This document shows, one piece after another, positions 36,591 through 45,998 of a DNA stretch of 64,000 nucleotides. The translations under genes were made by a program, and so were the position numbers. Positions within the stretch are counted from its first letter, which is position 1. Every line of letters begins with the position of its first letter. A model generated the notes under the pieces. That model was given only the letters and a program-made list of their open reading frames with translations. It was not told where the DNA came from and ran no database searches. This DNA is from Vampirovibrionales bacterium (GTDB lineage Bacteria; Cyanobacteriota; Vampirovibrionia; Vampirovibrionales; Vampirovibrionaceae). Where the stretch lies: contig JAYKHP010000018.1 of NCBI GenBank assembly GCA_035285165.1, positions 81,486 to 145,485 of the forward strand. Reading direction: 5' to 3'.

Positions 36591-38066
36591 ATGATCTCCC
36601 CCCCTTATACACTTTCCACGATACGCACACCGGCTAACCCGCCGGTTATCTCGGCGCAGGCGGAAAAAATTAGTTTCAGCGGACAAAAACAGGCTGAGCA
36701 AGACCGTAAAACCTTTGCCTACAAGCAAACGCCCTTGGAAAAGCAGGCGCTTTTATCCAGGGCGTATCCTGAAATTTACACCGATAAAACGGGGCATTAC
36801 GCGGGCAATCAGTTTGCGGCCAATCCATTAGCAAACAGCCAGTTTGCGTCACTCGTGCAGGTGCCCGTATTACAGACCCTGCGTGAAGCCGAGGCGAAAA
36901 CACCCGAAAAATCCAAAAACAAGCTGGAAAAATTCGTGTTGCTTGGCCCGGCATTAATGTTGGCGGGCGGCTTAAGCTGGATTCTTAAAGATCGCAACAA
37001 GCTTTTTAACCCGGTATTAAAGCTCCTGAAAAAAGAAGCCCTACCCAAAATACCAAAAGGGGCCGAAACCCTTGAAAAGACCGGTAAAATCCTTTTGGCA
37101 AGCGGTAGCGGCTTGCTCAGCCTCAACGGGATTTCGGCGGGCGTGGTGTCTGATCAGCCCTCAATGGTCGTCAGCAATATCATCCAGTTGATCCCTTCCA
37201 TCCTGATAGGCTTTGTTAAAAAAGACCATCTTAAAAACTTCGCCGCAAGCCTGATGATGCTCACCGGCGCCATGTACACCACCGGCTTTGCCAACGAATT
37301 GAAAAACAAGGAAGACGCCACGCCCGCAAACGAAGTGCGCCGGTATGACATGACGCGCTTCAAGTCGGTGTTTGATCAGAAAAACCAGGCGGGTTTGTTT
37401 GCAAAAGCGGGCATCGCCTTTGAAGAACTCGGAAAAATGTTTTTCTTCACGGCGGTTGATCATGCAAAGCTTCTTCCCAACGCCTACCATAACCTGACCC
37501 AGCATTTCGCCACGGCAAAAGCACCGCAATTTATACCGGCAGGGCAAAACACGCCCGCGCATTTTGCGGCGGTGCCCCAAAAGCGCCAGTCTGGCCAAAC
37601 GTTTGACGATTTGAAAGCCTGGATTAATAAACCCACGGCGGATAAAAGCCAGGTCGCCGCGATCTTTATGATCTTGGGAGCTTTACCCATCGTTCTGTTC
37701 ACGCATAGAAAGCCGGACATCGGTAACAGCGCACTGGTTAAAACGCTGAAAACCATAGGAATGGCCTTTGGCAATCTTTCGCTTTTCAGTATCGCGATCC
37801 ATCGCGATGACATTAAGGGTAAAGCGCCCCTTCTGGGCATTCCGCTTTCCGTTTTTGGCATGGGTAGCAGCACCAACGGTCTTCGTATTGGCATGGGTTA
37901 TACCGGCGAATCGATCAACTCCCTGTTTTTCAGCGACGTTGCCGTTAACGGGGTTGAAACCGGCAACGGCAAAGAGGTAAAAACCATTAAGCCCCCCGAC
38001 CCCGAAAAGTATAACAAGCCAGGCAATAACCCTTTTGCACAGCCCCTGACTTCCGCCCAGGTTTGA
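36591..38066 (+). CDS. hypothetical membrane protein (491 aa)
   Basis: ATG ORF with several hydrophobic segments. No family recognised. Confidence 0.55.
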   Translation: MISPPYTLSTIRTPANPPVISAQAEKISFSGQKQAEQDRKTFAYKQTPLEKQALLSRAYPEIYTDKTGHYAGNQFAANPLANSQFASLVQVPVLQTLREAEAKTPEKSKNKLEKFVLLGPALMLAGGLSWILKDRNKLFNPVLKLLKKEALPKIPKGAETLEKTGKILLASGSGLLSLNGISAGVVSDQPSMVVSNIIQLIPSILIGFVKKDHLKNFAASLMMLTGAMYTTGFANELKNKEDATPANEVRRYDMTRFKSVFDQKNQAGLFAKAGIAFEELGKMFFFTAVDHAKLLPNAYHNLTQHFATAKAPQFIPAGQNTPAHFAAVPQKRQSGQTFDDLKAWINKPTADKSQVAAIFMILGALPIVLFTHRKPDIGNSALVKTLKTIGMAFGNLSLFSIAIHRDDIKGKAPLLGIPLSVFGMGSSTNGLRIGMGYTGESINSLFFSDVAVNGVETGNGKEVKTIKPPDPEKYNKPGNNPFAQPLTSAQV

Positions 38067-38478
38067 TTGATTCGACGCATTTATTTCACTGCACGACATT
38101 AGCCAAGGCCATGCAAAAGCCCCCACTGTGCATGCATAGCGGGGGCAAAAGCTTGCCCTGCTTATAAAAAACAAGGCCAAGGTGTTAGGAGTCGTTAATA
38201 TGGACAAACGGCGTTGGAAAAACTTTTCGCCTCGCCATTTGTTCTTATGTTATTCGTTCTTACGTTAAACGGTGCGTCCACTGAACAAAGAAGAAGGAGT
38301 CAATTGGAAAAAGTAAAACGAGAAGAAAAACATCAAAAAGACATTTTGAACGCATCCGATTTGTTGGGGTTATTATCCTATCGGATCACGCCTGTTTTGT
38401 CAAAAAACTTCAGATTAATGACAATATTTTACTTTCATCTTGAAATGACGGCATGTTTTCTAGGCCTGTCGCATTCTG

Positions 38479-39558
38479 CTATTTTAGCCATTTCGCGGCG
38501 TCAACGGCATGATAAGTCACGATCAAATCAGCACCGGAACGTTTGAAGCCGCTTAATAATTCCAGAACAAACGCCTGCTCATCAATCCAGCCATTCTGTG
38601 CGGCGGCCTTGACCATGCTGTACTCGCCAGAGACGTTATAAACGGCAAGCGGAATGTCTACAATCTGCCGCGCCTGGAAAATAACATCCTGATATGCCAT
38701 GGCGGGCTTTACCATTACAATGTCAGCGCCTTCGCCCACATCCAGCCTGATTTCCTCCATCGCCTCGCGGACGTTTCGGTAATCCATCTGGTAGCTTTTC
38801 CTGTCTCCGCTGGATGGCGCCGATTCTGCGGCCTCACGAAAAGGAGAATAAAGGCTGCTGCTATATTTAGCGGAATAGGCCATGATCGGGACATCCTGAT
38901 AACCGGCCTCATCCAGCACCTCACGGATGATAATCACCCGGCCGTCCATCATATCGGAAGGCGCCACCATATCCGCCCCGGCTTCAGCCTGTGAGAGCGC
39001 TGTCTTGGCGAGAATCTCAAGGCTCGGGTCATTCAGCACCTTGCCATCGAGATAAACCCCGCAATGTCCGTGTGACATATACTCACACAGGCAGGTGTCG
39101 GTAATGACATACACATCGGAACCGAAATTCTGCTTGATTTTCTTGACCGCCTGCTGGACGACCCCATGGCCCATCCAGGCGCTGGTGGCTTCCTGGTCTT
39201 TTTCGGAGGGAACGCCGAAAATCATAAACGCCTTAACGCCCACCTCAAGCGCCTTGCCAATCTCAATCAAGGCGTTCTCGGCCGACAGTTGAAAAATACC
39301 CGGCATTGAGGCAATCGGCTTTCTGGCGTTGACTTCGTCGCTGATAAAAAGCGGGTAGATAAAATCGGCACTGTTGAGTGAGGTTTCGGCGATCATGTCG
39401 CGGATAAGGGGGTTCTGGCGCAGGCGGCGCTTACGGACATCTGGAAACAAGGCGGTGACTCTCTCTTGTGGACAAAACGACAGGACAAATTTTTGCAGGG
39501 CGTTTGCCCCGTTTGTTCTGAGGGTCATTATACCCCTAACCCCGGTTTCATTGCCCAA
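38479..39558 (-). CDS. hemB: porphobilinogen synthase (delta-aminolevulinic acid dehydratase)
   Basis: 'RRLRQNPLIRDMIAETSL', the active-site Lys region 'GADIVMVKPA' and the metal-binding Cys/Asp-rich 'DTCLCEYMSHGHCG' are present. The start is a TTG at 39558 (AAGGGA SD) or an ATG at 39528. Confidence 0.9.
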   Translation of the reverse strand: MGNETGVRGIMTLRTNGANALQKFVLSFCPQERVTALFPDVRKRRLRQNPLIRDMIAETSLNSADFIYPLFISDEVNARKPIASMPGIFQLSAENALIEIGKALEVGVKAFMIFGVPSEKDQEATSAWMGHGVVQQAVKKIKQNFGSDVYVITDTCLCEYMSHGHCGVYLDGKVLNDPSLEILAKTALSQAEAGADMVAPSDMMDGRVIIIREVLDEAGYQDVPIMAYSAKYSSSLYSPFREAAESAPSSGDRKSYQMDYRNVREAMEEIRLDVGEGADIVMVKPAMAYQDVIFQARQIVDIPLAVYNVSGEYSMVKAAAQNGWIDEQAFVLELLSGFKRSGADLIVTYHAVDAAKWLK

Positions 39559-39637
39559 CGAAAGTCCCTTAACGGACTGAGCCTTTTACAAGACTCCTCT
39601 AAACGAATGAATCCTTGTCATATCAAGCTGTTATGGC

Positions 39638-39669
39638 TTAACATCCATCAAAAGACTCCTTATAATAAG
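39638..39669 (+). promoter_or_regulatory. promoter-like motif copy 2 (TTAACA-17-TATAAT with conserved AAAAGACNCCT...AAG)
   Basis: 'AAAAGACTCCTTATAATAAG' is 19/20 identical to 26957..26976. A -35-like TTAACA lies exactly 17 bp upstream of the TATAAT. Confidence 0.35.
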
Positions 39670-40104
39670 GAAACGCCAAGATTAAATACCAGCTTTCCTT
39701 TTACTGACTGGCCTGATGTCTCCTTTATGCGGATGAGCTTTCATCCAGACGTTGAAAAGCACGGATTAGGTGTCGGAATAAAAAGCAAGCACGGCAAAAT
39801 TTTTTAATATTTCAATGATTTTTGCTGAAGAAATTCCCCTTTCGACCGATGTCATCTTTAGACTGAGCGAAAGCGGAACCGGTGACACCCTCATCTCTTT
39901 AAACGGTTTGTGAAGGCCTTTGGCAGCATTAAGCTACCCATCGATACTTCGTATAGCGGTCAAATCCAGTATTCATCAAGTTTTAATTCGATCATGGACG
40001 CACGGCTTTGGATTTTCGCCAGGCGCCAATGACAACTTCTTTCGGTATTCATTTTTCCTTCAGCTATTGCAGCACCACCTGCTAGAAAGGCCATCGGTCA
40101 GCCC

Positions 40105-40353
40105 ATGAAATCCTGGGGTCGCTATCAGAAGCGTTTTATCAGCAAAGCTTTCAACCTGGAAATGAGCATGGGCGAAAAGGCGATTATCCTGGCGTTGCTG
40201 GGTGCGCTGATCATGAATGGCTGTTTTGCCTTTATGGGAAGGCATATCGGGGATGTCAAGCAGATAAGGCTTGTAAAAATGCGTGCCGAGCAAGAACTGA
40301 TGGTATCTAAGCCCTACCAGAGCCAAGTCTACGACTTGCAAGCAAGGCGCTAA
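40105..40353 (+). CDS. hypothetical small membrane protein (82 aa)
   Basis: ATG ORF with one TM segment ('AIILALLGALIMNGCFAFMG'). Confidence 0.3.
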   Translation: MKSWGRYQKRFISKAFNLEMSMGEKAIILALLGALIMNGCFAFMGRHIGDVKQIRLVKMRAEQELMVSKPYQSQVYDLQARR

Positions 40354-40397
40354 AATTCGCCTCACACCCGATGCGGCATCTGGTATAAACTGGCTTT

Positions 40398-41483
40398 ATG
40401 AGAGCAGATGACCGGATTGAGGACAATCGATTTCCTGACGCCTTAGGCGCTGTTACAGGCGGGCACGAGGGAATAAGATTAAGCGAGCTGCGTGACGCCC
40501 AGACGCCCTTATGGCGGCAATGGGGAAACCGGCTTGGCTTTGCGCTTCGGCAATTCATGGGGGAAAACGCAAGCAGCAGAGGCATAAACGCATACATTGA
40601 GCCTGTCGAGGACAAATCGGCCTTGTTTGCAGGCAACGAGGGCGTATGGCTGAGCGAGCTTGGATGGCTTAAGGAACCCTACCGGCTGACCCCCACGCAG
40701 GTGACTCGTTTTAAAAGCCTGCTGCAGCTTTATGATTTGTCAGCGTTTTATGAAAATAGCAGCCGCTTACGATTACTGGAAGTGATGAGCGTTTTGGATT
40801 ATCTGGATCAATTCCAGCAGGCGCAGCCTTTTTTTGATTCATCATGCCTTCACCAGCGCGTATGTTGTCATTGGCTGGATGTTGGAAGCAAAAACTGGGC
40901 TTATGTTCACGCGCTCTGGGCTTTTCTCAACCGCCATTGGCGAAACGAAAACAGCACATCAAAAGATAACGCGCTGAGGAAAATCCACATCGACGGCGTG
41001 GAAATCGACAGCGAAAGACGCTATCGTGACGGCTACACCAGGGCGGATTACGCCAGAAGCTATATCAATGCGTTACCTTGGCCCGAAGACGCGCGTTATC
41101 ACAGAGGCGATATCCGCACATGGCAAGGATATCCGCAGGAACCTGGAGAGGGGAAATTTAAAGGCTACCCGATCATCACATGCTTTTTGCCCTTCGTCTT
41201 TGCCGACCCGCATTTCGCATGGGGACTTCCCGCCTCGCGCTTTGACCCTTCCGGCCTGTTGCAGCGTATGTTAGCGCTTTTGGCAAACAGCGGAACATTG
41301 ATCATCACCAATCAGGGCGAGGATGAGGCACAGGCGCAAGCAGCCCTGCTCAGAATGGCGCGAAAACAAATGGCCGTGGAAGGGTTTGAACTTCGCATCA
41401 CGGCGTTTGGGGCATTGCCTGAAACCTTTCTGCCCACCCAATACAAGCGCTATGGCTTTTTATGCCGTAAGATGGCTTTTTAA
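40398..41483 (+). CDS. hypothetical protein (361 aa)
   Basis: ATG ORF immediately upstream of rdgB on the same strand, separated by a 5-bp gap. No family recognised. Confidence 0.5.
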   Translation: MRADDRIEDNRFPDALGAVTGGHEGIRLSELRDAQTPLWRQWGNRLGFALRQFMGENASSRGINAYIEPVEDKSALFAGNEGVWLSELGWLKEPYRLTPTQVTRFKSLLQLYDLSAFYENSSRLRLLEVMSVLDYLDQFQQAQPFFDSSCLHQRVCCHWLDVGSKNWAYVHALWAFLNRHWRNENSTSKDNALRKIHIDGVEIDSERRYRDGYTRADYARSYINALPWPEDARYHRGDIRTWQGYPQEPGEGKFKGYPIITCFLPFVFADPHFAWGLPASRFDPSGLLQRMLALLANSGTLIITNQGEDEAQAQAALLRMARKQMAVEGFELRITAFGALPETFLPTQYKRYGFLCRKMAF

Positions 41484-41488
41484 AACCC

Positions 41489-42187
41489 ATGAGCATTTCG
41501 CATTCCTCACCACTAACAATCCTGTTGGCCACGCAGAGCGAGGGCAAACGACGCGAATTTGAACGGCTGGGAGAAAATTTTCAACTTGCTTTTGACTTTG
41601 TCTGCGCACCAGCAGGTCTTGATATCGAGGAAACGGGCGCTACGTTTTTGGAAAACGCCCGTTTAAAAGCGCTGGGCTATTGGCAAAAGCTTTCTCAAGA
41701 CCAGGGATTTTTAAAATCGGCGCCGGGCATTGATTATGTTCTGGCCGAGGATTCGGGGCTGGAGGTAATGGCGCTTGCCAGCCTCTCGCAACAAGGCTGC
41801 TTTCCGGGAGTTATCTCCAAGCGCTGGCTTAATGGACATCCAAACGTGACGCAGGCTAATTTGAACCAGGCACTCTTAAAGCTTATCCATGAAGAACAGG
41901 CAAACGAGCTAGCTGGCAATCGTTCAGCGGCGTATCATTGCGCCATGGTCTTGCTGGATGTGAAAACAGGGGAGATGATTGAGGCACAGGAGGCGATGCC
42001 GCTTCTCGTGGCGACAGCGGCAAGAGGCGAAGGCGGCTTTGGCTACGACCCGATTATGCACCCAGTCGTCAATGGGATCGCGATGGTTGAAACAGTCGCC
42101 GAGATAAGCCCCGAGCTTAAGAACCATCTCAGCCATCGTGGCAAGGCGTTTCGGCAAGTGCTGAAAGCCTTGAAGATAAGCTTGTAA
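41489..42187 (+). CDS. rdgB: non-canonical purine NTP pyrophosphatase (RdgB/Ham1 family)
   Basis: 'ILLATQSEGKRREF', 'EDSGLEV' and 'GFGYDPIM...SHRGKAFRQVLKAL' match the RdgB blocks. There is an internal insertion relative to E. coli RdgB. Confidence 0.75.
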   Translation: MSISHSSPLTILLATQSEGKRREFERLGENFQLAFDFVCAPAGLDIEETGATFLENARLKALGYWQKLSQDQGFLKSAPGIDYVLAEDSGLEVMALASLSQQGCFPGVISKRWLNGHPNVTQANLNQALLKLIHEEQANELAGNRSAAYHCAMVLLDVKTGEMIEAQEAMPLLVATAARGEGGFGYDPIMHPVVNGIAMVETVAEISPELKNHLSHRGKAFRQVLKALKISL

Positions 42188-42323
42188 AGCGTTGCGGGTA
42201 TTTTCCAACCAAAGAGGATTGTTTTGGCTGCACAGCGGAGTATGGAAAGTAAAGTCTTCGCAAGTCATCCCATTTGCAGACAGATCAATCCTCTTTGGTT
42301 GGAAAATACCCGCAACGCTTTGG

Positions 42324-42998
42324 CTAATTAAATTCCAGGTTTGAAAGAACGTCAAACGTCGTCTGCTGAAGACGATAGCGAGGCGGGCCAAAGCTTCGAA
42401 GATAAGAGCTGTCGGAACCGGGGATATAACTGGGAGAGTATATGCTTAAGTCGGCGATACGAATCTGGGTGGGCTGCGTGTTGTCCGTCACCGTATTGAA
42501 AACCCCCGGGGTTGCCGTTGGCTCCAGTCGAAAACCCTGAAAACAAGGCGTAGCACCCGCCGGAATCGTGGCGGAGCATGTCATGCGCAGGGCGGGACGA
42601 AATTCGGCAGGCCCCTGGCGGTTAAAGACCTTGCTCTGACCCGCCGCTGTTCTGCGAATACTGCTGACCCCGGCAACGCCAGGGGAGGGATCACTGTAGA
42701 CTTCGTAAAGAATAGTATTACCGTCGGGATCCGTGATGCTCAACTGGGTTCCACCGCCCAGCACTTCAACGTGCGTCGAGCGCATCAGGTCGAAACGAAG
42801 CTCGCTCAGCAGGTTATTGACCACCAGGTGCATCGTGTTATACAGACGGTCGTTCATTTGCGACTCAACCCCGCCTCGAATCAGCGACGCCACGCCAATG
42901 GCCAGAATAGACATCACCATCATCGCAATGGCAAGCTCAATGAGCGTTACACCCATGTATTTCCGCAAACTCTGAAATCGCTTCAAAACGGACTCCAT
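42324..42998 (-). CDS. prepilin-type (type IV pilin / T2SS pseudopilin-like) protein
   Basis: The N-terminal leader ends in 'G|VTLIELAIAMMVMSIL', with Glu at +5. This is the class III signal peptide/methylation motif. Confidence 0.7.
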   Translation of the reverse strand: MESVLKRFQSLRKYMGVTLIELAIAMMVMSILAIGVASLIRGGVESQMNDRLYNTMHLVVNNLLSELRFDLMRSTHVEVLGGGTQLSITDPDGNTILYEVYSDPSPGVAGVSSIRRTAAGQSKVFNRQGPAEFRPALRMTCSATIPAGATPCFQGFRLEPTATPGVFNTVTDNTQPTQIRIADLSIYSPSYIPGSDSSYLRSFGPPRYRLQQTTFDVLSNLEFN

Positions 42999-43015
42999 TT
43001 GCTTGTCAAGATCAG

Positions 43016-43498
43016 TTAGTGGCGACGGGTAATCACGCCATTGTCAACCGTAAAGTCAGTCCAATCGGCTGAAAGCGCCTGTAAAACGACATTCCCGTCT
43101 GCGTCGACCGAGAAGTTGGCCCAACGGCCACTGGTGGTGATGGAAAGACGGACATTGGGAGCGGCGTTGCTGAATACCAGTTCGCGCCGGTTCTGCATGA
43201 GCAGGTTGGCTGCCGTCAGGACGTTATTCCGCTGGCTTGCCAGGAGATTGGCGGGAGAGGTGTCGGCACGGGTTGAACCTTGAGAAATAACTTGTTGAAG
43301 TGCCGCCTGGCCGCTTTGAACGGCAGCGGCATCGCGTACCTCTGTCGTGGTGGCCCAGTTCCCAATAGCGACTGCCGAAAGCACCGCCACGATACCGAAA
43401 ATGACACATAATTCCAGCAAGGTGAAGCCTTTCCCGCTGGCACGAAAGGCGCTTGGGCGGAAATGGTTCTGGCTGGCGCTGAAGAAAGAGGAAATCAT
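43016..43498 (-). CDS. prepilin-type pilin/pseudopilin (160 aa)
   Basis: 'KG|FTLLELCVIFGIVAVL' is the canonical prepilin cleavage/methylation motif. It follows an unusually long (~24 aa) leader. Confidence 0.7.
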   Translation of the reverse strand: MISSFFSASQNHFRPSAFRASGKGFTLLELCVIFGIVAVLSAVAIGNWATTTEVRDAAAVQSGQAALQQVISQGSTRADTSPANLLASQRNNVLTAANLLMQNRRELVFSNAAPNVRLSITTSGRWANFSVDADGNVVLQALSADWTDFTVDNGVITRRH

Positions 43499-43944
43499 GA
43501 ACCAGTAGAGCCTGTTTAAACGGTTGATTGCTTAGGTTTACGGGACGGCTTGCCCGGCAGATCATTTTATATGGCTAAAAGCGACTGTCTCGGGCTCAGA
43601 TGAAGTAGGGTTAACACCTGTAAAAAGGACTTGATATTATTTCGGCCTCCCCGGGGAAAACTTGAGCAAGGCCCTTTTTACAAGGTTTTCAGGCTTACGG
43701 GAACAGACCATTCACCAACGGAAGCCAATCCTCCTGATTATAACAGTCCACATCGCTTTACGGTGGTATAAACCCTGTTGAATACAATACCTGGAGGGCC
43801 TGAGAGCTAAAACGCCGTCCGTTCACCTGAAAAATGGCAGTCTGTCCAGATTTCAACTATTAAACTTGTGGAAAAAACGCCGATAATTACCGTAGCGTTA
43901 ATGGTTAACTTTTGCAAAACATAGACGGACAGACGGGCACCGCC

Positions 43945-44661
43945 ATGGCCGCAACCAAAATCGGTTTCACACGATGGTACGACAACATCCCGGAACTTGC
44001 CCAGGCGGTTCGGCTGCTTGAACGCGTGCCGGAGAATGTGAGCAGTATCATTTGCGAGTCGGTGGTCAACTCTCATGAATACAACGGTGAGGATAACACC
44101 AGCGAGGATTACGGCCTGAAAAAACTGGGCGCGCAGAAAGTCCTTGGCCTGATGAAGTCAAAAACCAAACGCCGCTGGTATGATCAGCATCCCGTCATTC
44201 ACCGCGCCTTCAATACGCTCTATATGATGGACGACACCTTGCGCTACGAAACGGCCATCCGCATCCTGGTCGCCCTTGAGGCGTTAAAACAGCATGATTT
44301 AAAGCTGTCCGGCAAAGAATTTACCGTTCAACGCCCCCCAGAATTAAACCAAAAAGAATTAAGTGAAGAAGAACATCAGCAGATGGTGCGCGAAATCGTG
44401 ACGCGCTCGCAACGAAAACTGGTGCAGAATATTTTCCTGCAACCCACCGGCAGCTTGCTGAATAAAATCCAGTTCGTTCAACAGCAAAAAGATAAACAGG
44501 ATCCGCAGCCCCCTGCAAAAACAGCAGAAATGACGGAAACCACCATTGCCAGCAGTGATCGGATTATCGAGTCCAATGAAGGCTTAAAGCTCGATGGCCT
44601 GAGCTTTGAGACGATTCGCAGCGACAGTCTGAAGAACAACAACCTGCACCATCTGCTCTAG
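43945..44661 (+). CDS. hypothetical protein, 'RWYD' family paralog A2
   Basis: The track ORF starts at a TTG (43912), and the ATG at 43945 gives 'MAATKIGFTRWYDNIPELAQAVRLLERVP'. It is homologous to 11517..12101 over the first ~120 aa. Confidence 0.55.
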   Translation: MAATKIGFTRWYDNIPELAQAVRLLERVPENVSSIICESVVNSHEYNGEDNTSEDYGLKKLGAQKVLGLMKSKTKRRWYDQHPVIHRAFNTLYMMDDTLRYETAIRILVALEALKQHDLKLSGKEFTVQRPPELNQKELSEEEHQQMVREIVTRSQRKLVQNIFLQPTGSLLNKIQFVQQQKDKQDPQPPAKTAEMTETTIASSDRIIESNEGLKLDGLSFETIRSDSLKNNNLHHLL

Positions 44662-44685
44662 GCAATTTGAAGCGGCAAGGGGAAA

Positions 44686-45312
44686 TTATTGGGGTTCGAT
44701 GCGCGGGGCGGAATCCTGAAGAATCATATCGTGGGTATCCATTCCCTCGTTTTGCAGATCCTGGGTTAGCGGAAACATATCACCTTGGGAGGGTGCCTGG
44801 CTGTTTTGGCTCACCGTCTTGAAATGCCCGGACTGCGCCTGCGCGTAATCAGCCAATAACGATTGCACGATTGCGTTAGCGATATCCTCGCTTTCGCGCT
44901 TGTAATACGTCAGCCATTTGTACTTGAACACCGACTCCTCATGTCGCCAAAGAACCGGCGCGTTTGGCGCACCGCCTTGTGACTGCAGTGAAATTTCAGC
45001 AACGATTTTGCGGCATTCAAAACCTTCACAGTGAAGTGACAAGGCCGCATCCGACGGGGATTTGTAAGGTAAAACGCTATTGTTGCTTAACGAACGCTGA
45101 ATCCACATCGGGATATCGGCACCCGGCGTCTGATCGGAAGTAATCGGCGCGTTAAAACGGGCCAAATCCAGTGAGGAAATATCTTTTAACCCCAGAACAA
45201 CATCAGGGCTTGCCGGACGAAGCTCCTGGGCTGAAACTGGCGCGCCGCCAAAAGCCAAAAGAGCGCCTGTGGCAAGCAGCACGGGCAATACATTTAAGCG
45301 TGTACGAGTCAT
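44686..45312 (-). CDS. secreted hypothetical protein, 'CxGxxC' family paralog B2
   Basis: There is a signal peptide 'LNVLPVLLATGALLAFGGAPVSA'. 'LSLHCEGFECRKIVA' aligns with B1 'ISIECAGATACTKLRV'. Confidence 0.55.
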   Translation of the reverse strand: MTRTRLNVLPVLLATGALLAFGGAPVSAQELRPASPDVVLGLKDISSLDLARFNAPITSDQTPGADIPMWIQRSLSNNSVLPYKSPSDAALSLHCEGFECRKIVAEISLQSQGGAPNAPVLWRHEESVFKYKWLTYYKRESEDIANAIVQSLLADYAQAQSGHFKTVSQNSQAPSQGDMFPLTQDLQNEGMDTHDMILQDSAPRIEPQ

Positions 45313-45355
45313 ATCAATCCGTCCTACACTACTGGCCTAAACTATTCGGCCAACT

Positions 45356-45841
45356 CTAGATATCGAGATCGCTTGCGCCGTCAAGAATACCGCCAATGCC
45401 AAGCGTACCGACACCATTGCCTATTGAGGAAGCATTTTGAGACTGCGTGGTGTTCAGGCTTTGGATGCGTTGCTGCATCAACTGGAACTGCTGCATCATC
45501 ATGCGCATCATATTCTGGTTATACGCCTGCATTTGCTGGGTATAGGCGATCATTTCCTGGTTAAACCTGGCCACGGCGTCCGGGTTGCTATTATCCTCAG
45601 GCGGTGTGGGTGGGGTGGGAACATTCAGATTGGTGCTGCCTGCTACGCCAAGATACGAGGAAAACGAGTTGCCGATGCCTTGATACTGGGCGAACGGATC
45701 GCTTTTCAGGCCTACTTGAGAAGGCTCCACCATAATGCCCCCCTGCCGCAGCAGGCCGTATTGAAAAACTTTCAGCATATGGCCAAAATCCATCGGGGAT
45801 CTCCATTCCTGAATTAAGGGGCGAACTTGTATTGATTCCAA
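45356..45841 (-). CDS. hypothetical Q/M/N-rich protein (161 aa)
   Basis: ATG ORF. It has a low-complexity 'QQMQAYNQNMMRMMMQQFQLMQQ' region and a Gly-rich C-terminus. Confidence 0.4.
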   Translation of the reverse strand: MESIQVRPLIQEWRSPMDFGHMLKVFQYGLLRQGGIMVEPSQVGLKSDPFAQYQGIGNSFSSYLGVAGSTNLNVPTPPTPPEDNSNPDAVARFNQEMIAYTQQMQAYNQNMMRMMMQQFQLMQQRIQSLNTTQSQNASSIGNGVGTLGIGGILDGASDLDI

Positions 45842-45998
45842 GGTGGTCTTATAGGCGATAAGCTATTTTTCAAAAAAAGCAAGAATAGCCTGTATAAGTT
45901 TCGGCGGCTAATGAAGCAACTTCAATAAAAAAGAAGCGCTGGATTCCCTAAACGGTATAATAAAGCTGTCCCAACAAATCAGGCTTCAAAATCCCCCT

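Noticed and set aside
38214-38546. 110-aa plus-strand ORF overlapping the 3' end of hemB
   Set aside because: It starts at a TTG in an AT-rich non-coding stretch and overlaps hemB by ~68 bp. It has no similarity to any known family and is probably not a gene.
41924-42391. 155-aa minus-strand ORF overlapping the 3' half of rdgB and the pseudopilin gene
   Set aside because: It overlaps two supported genes and has no similarity to any known family.
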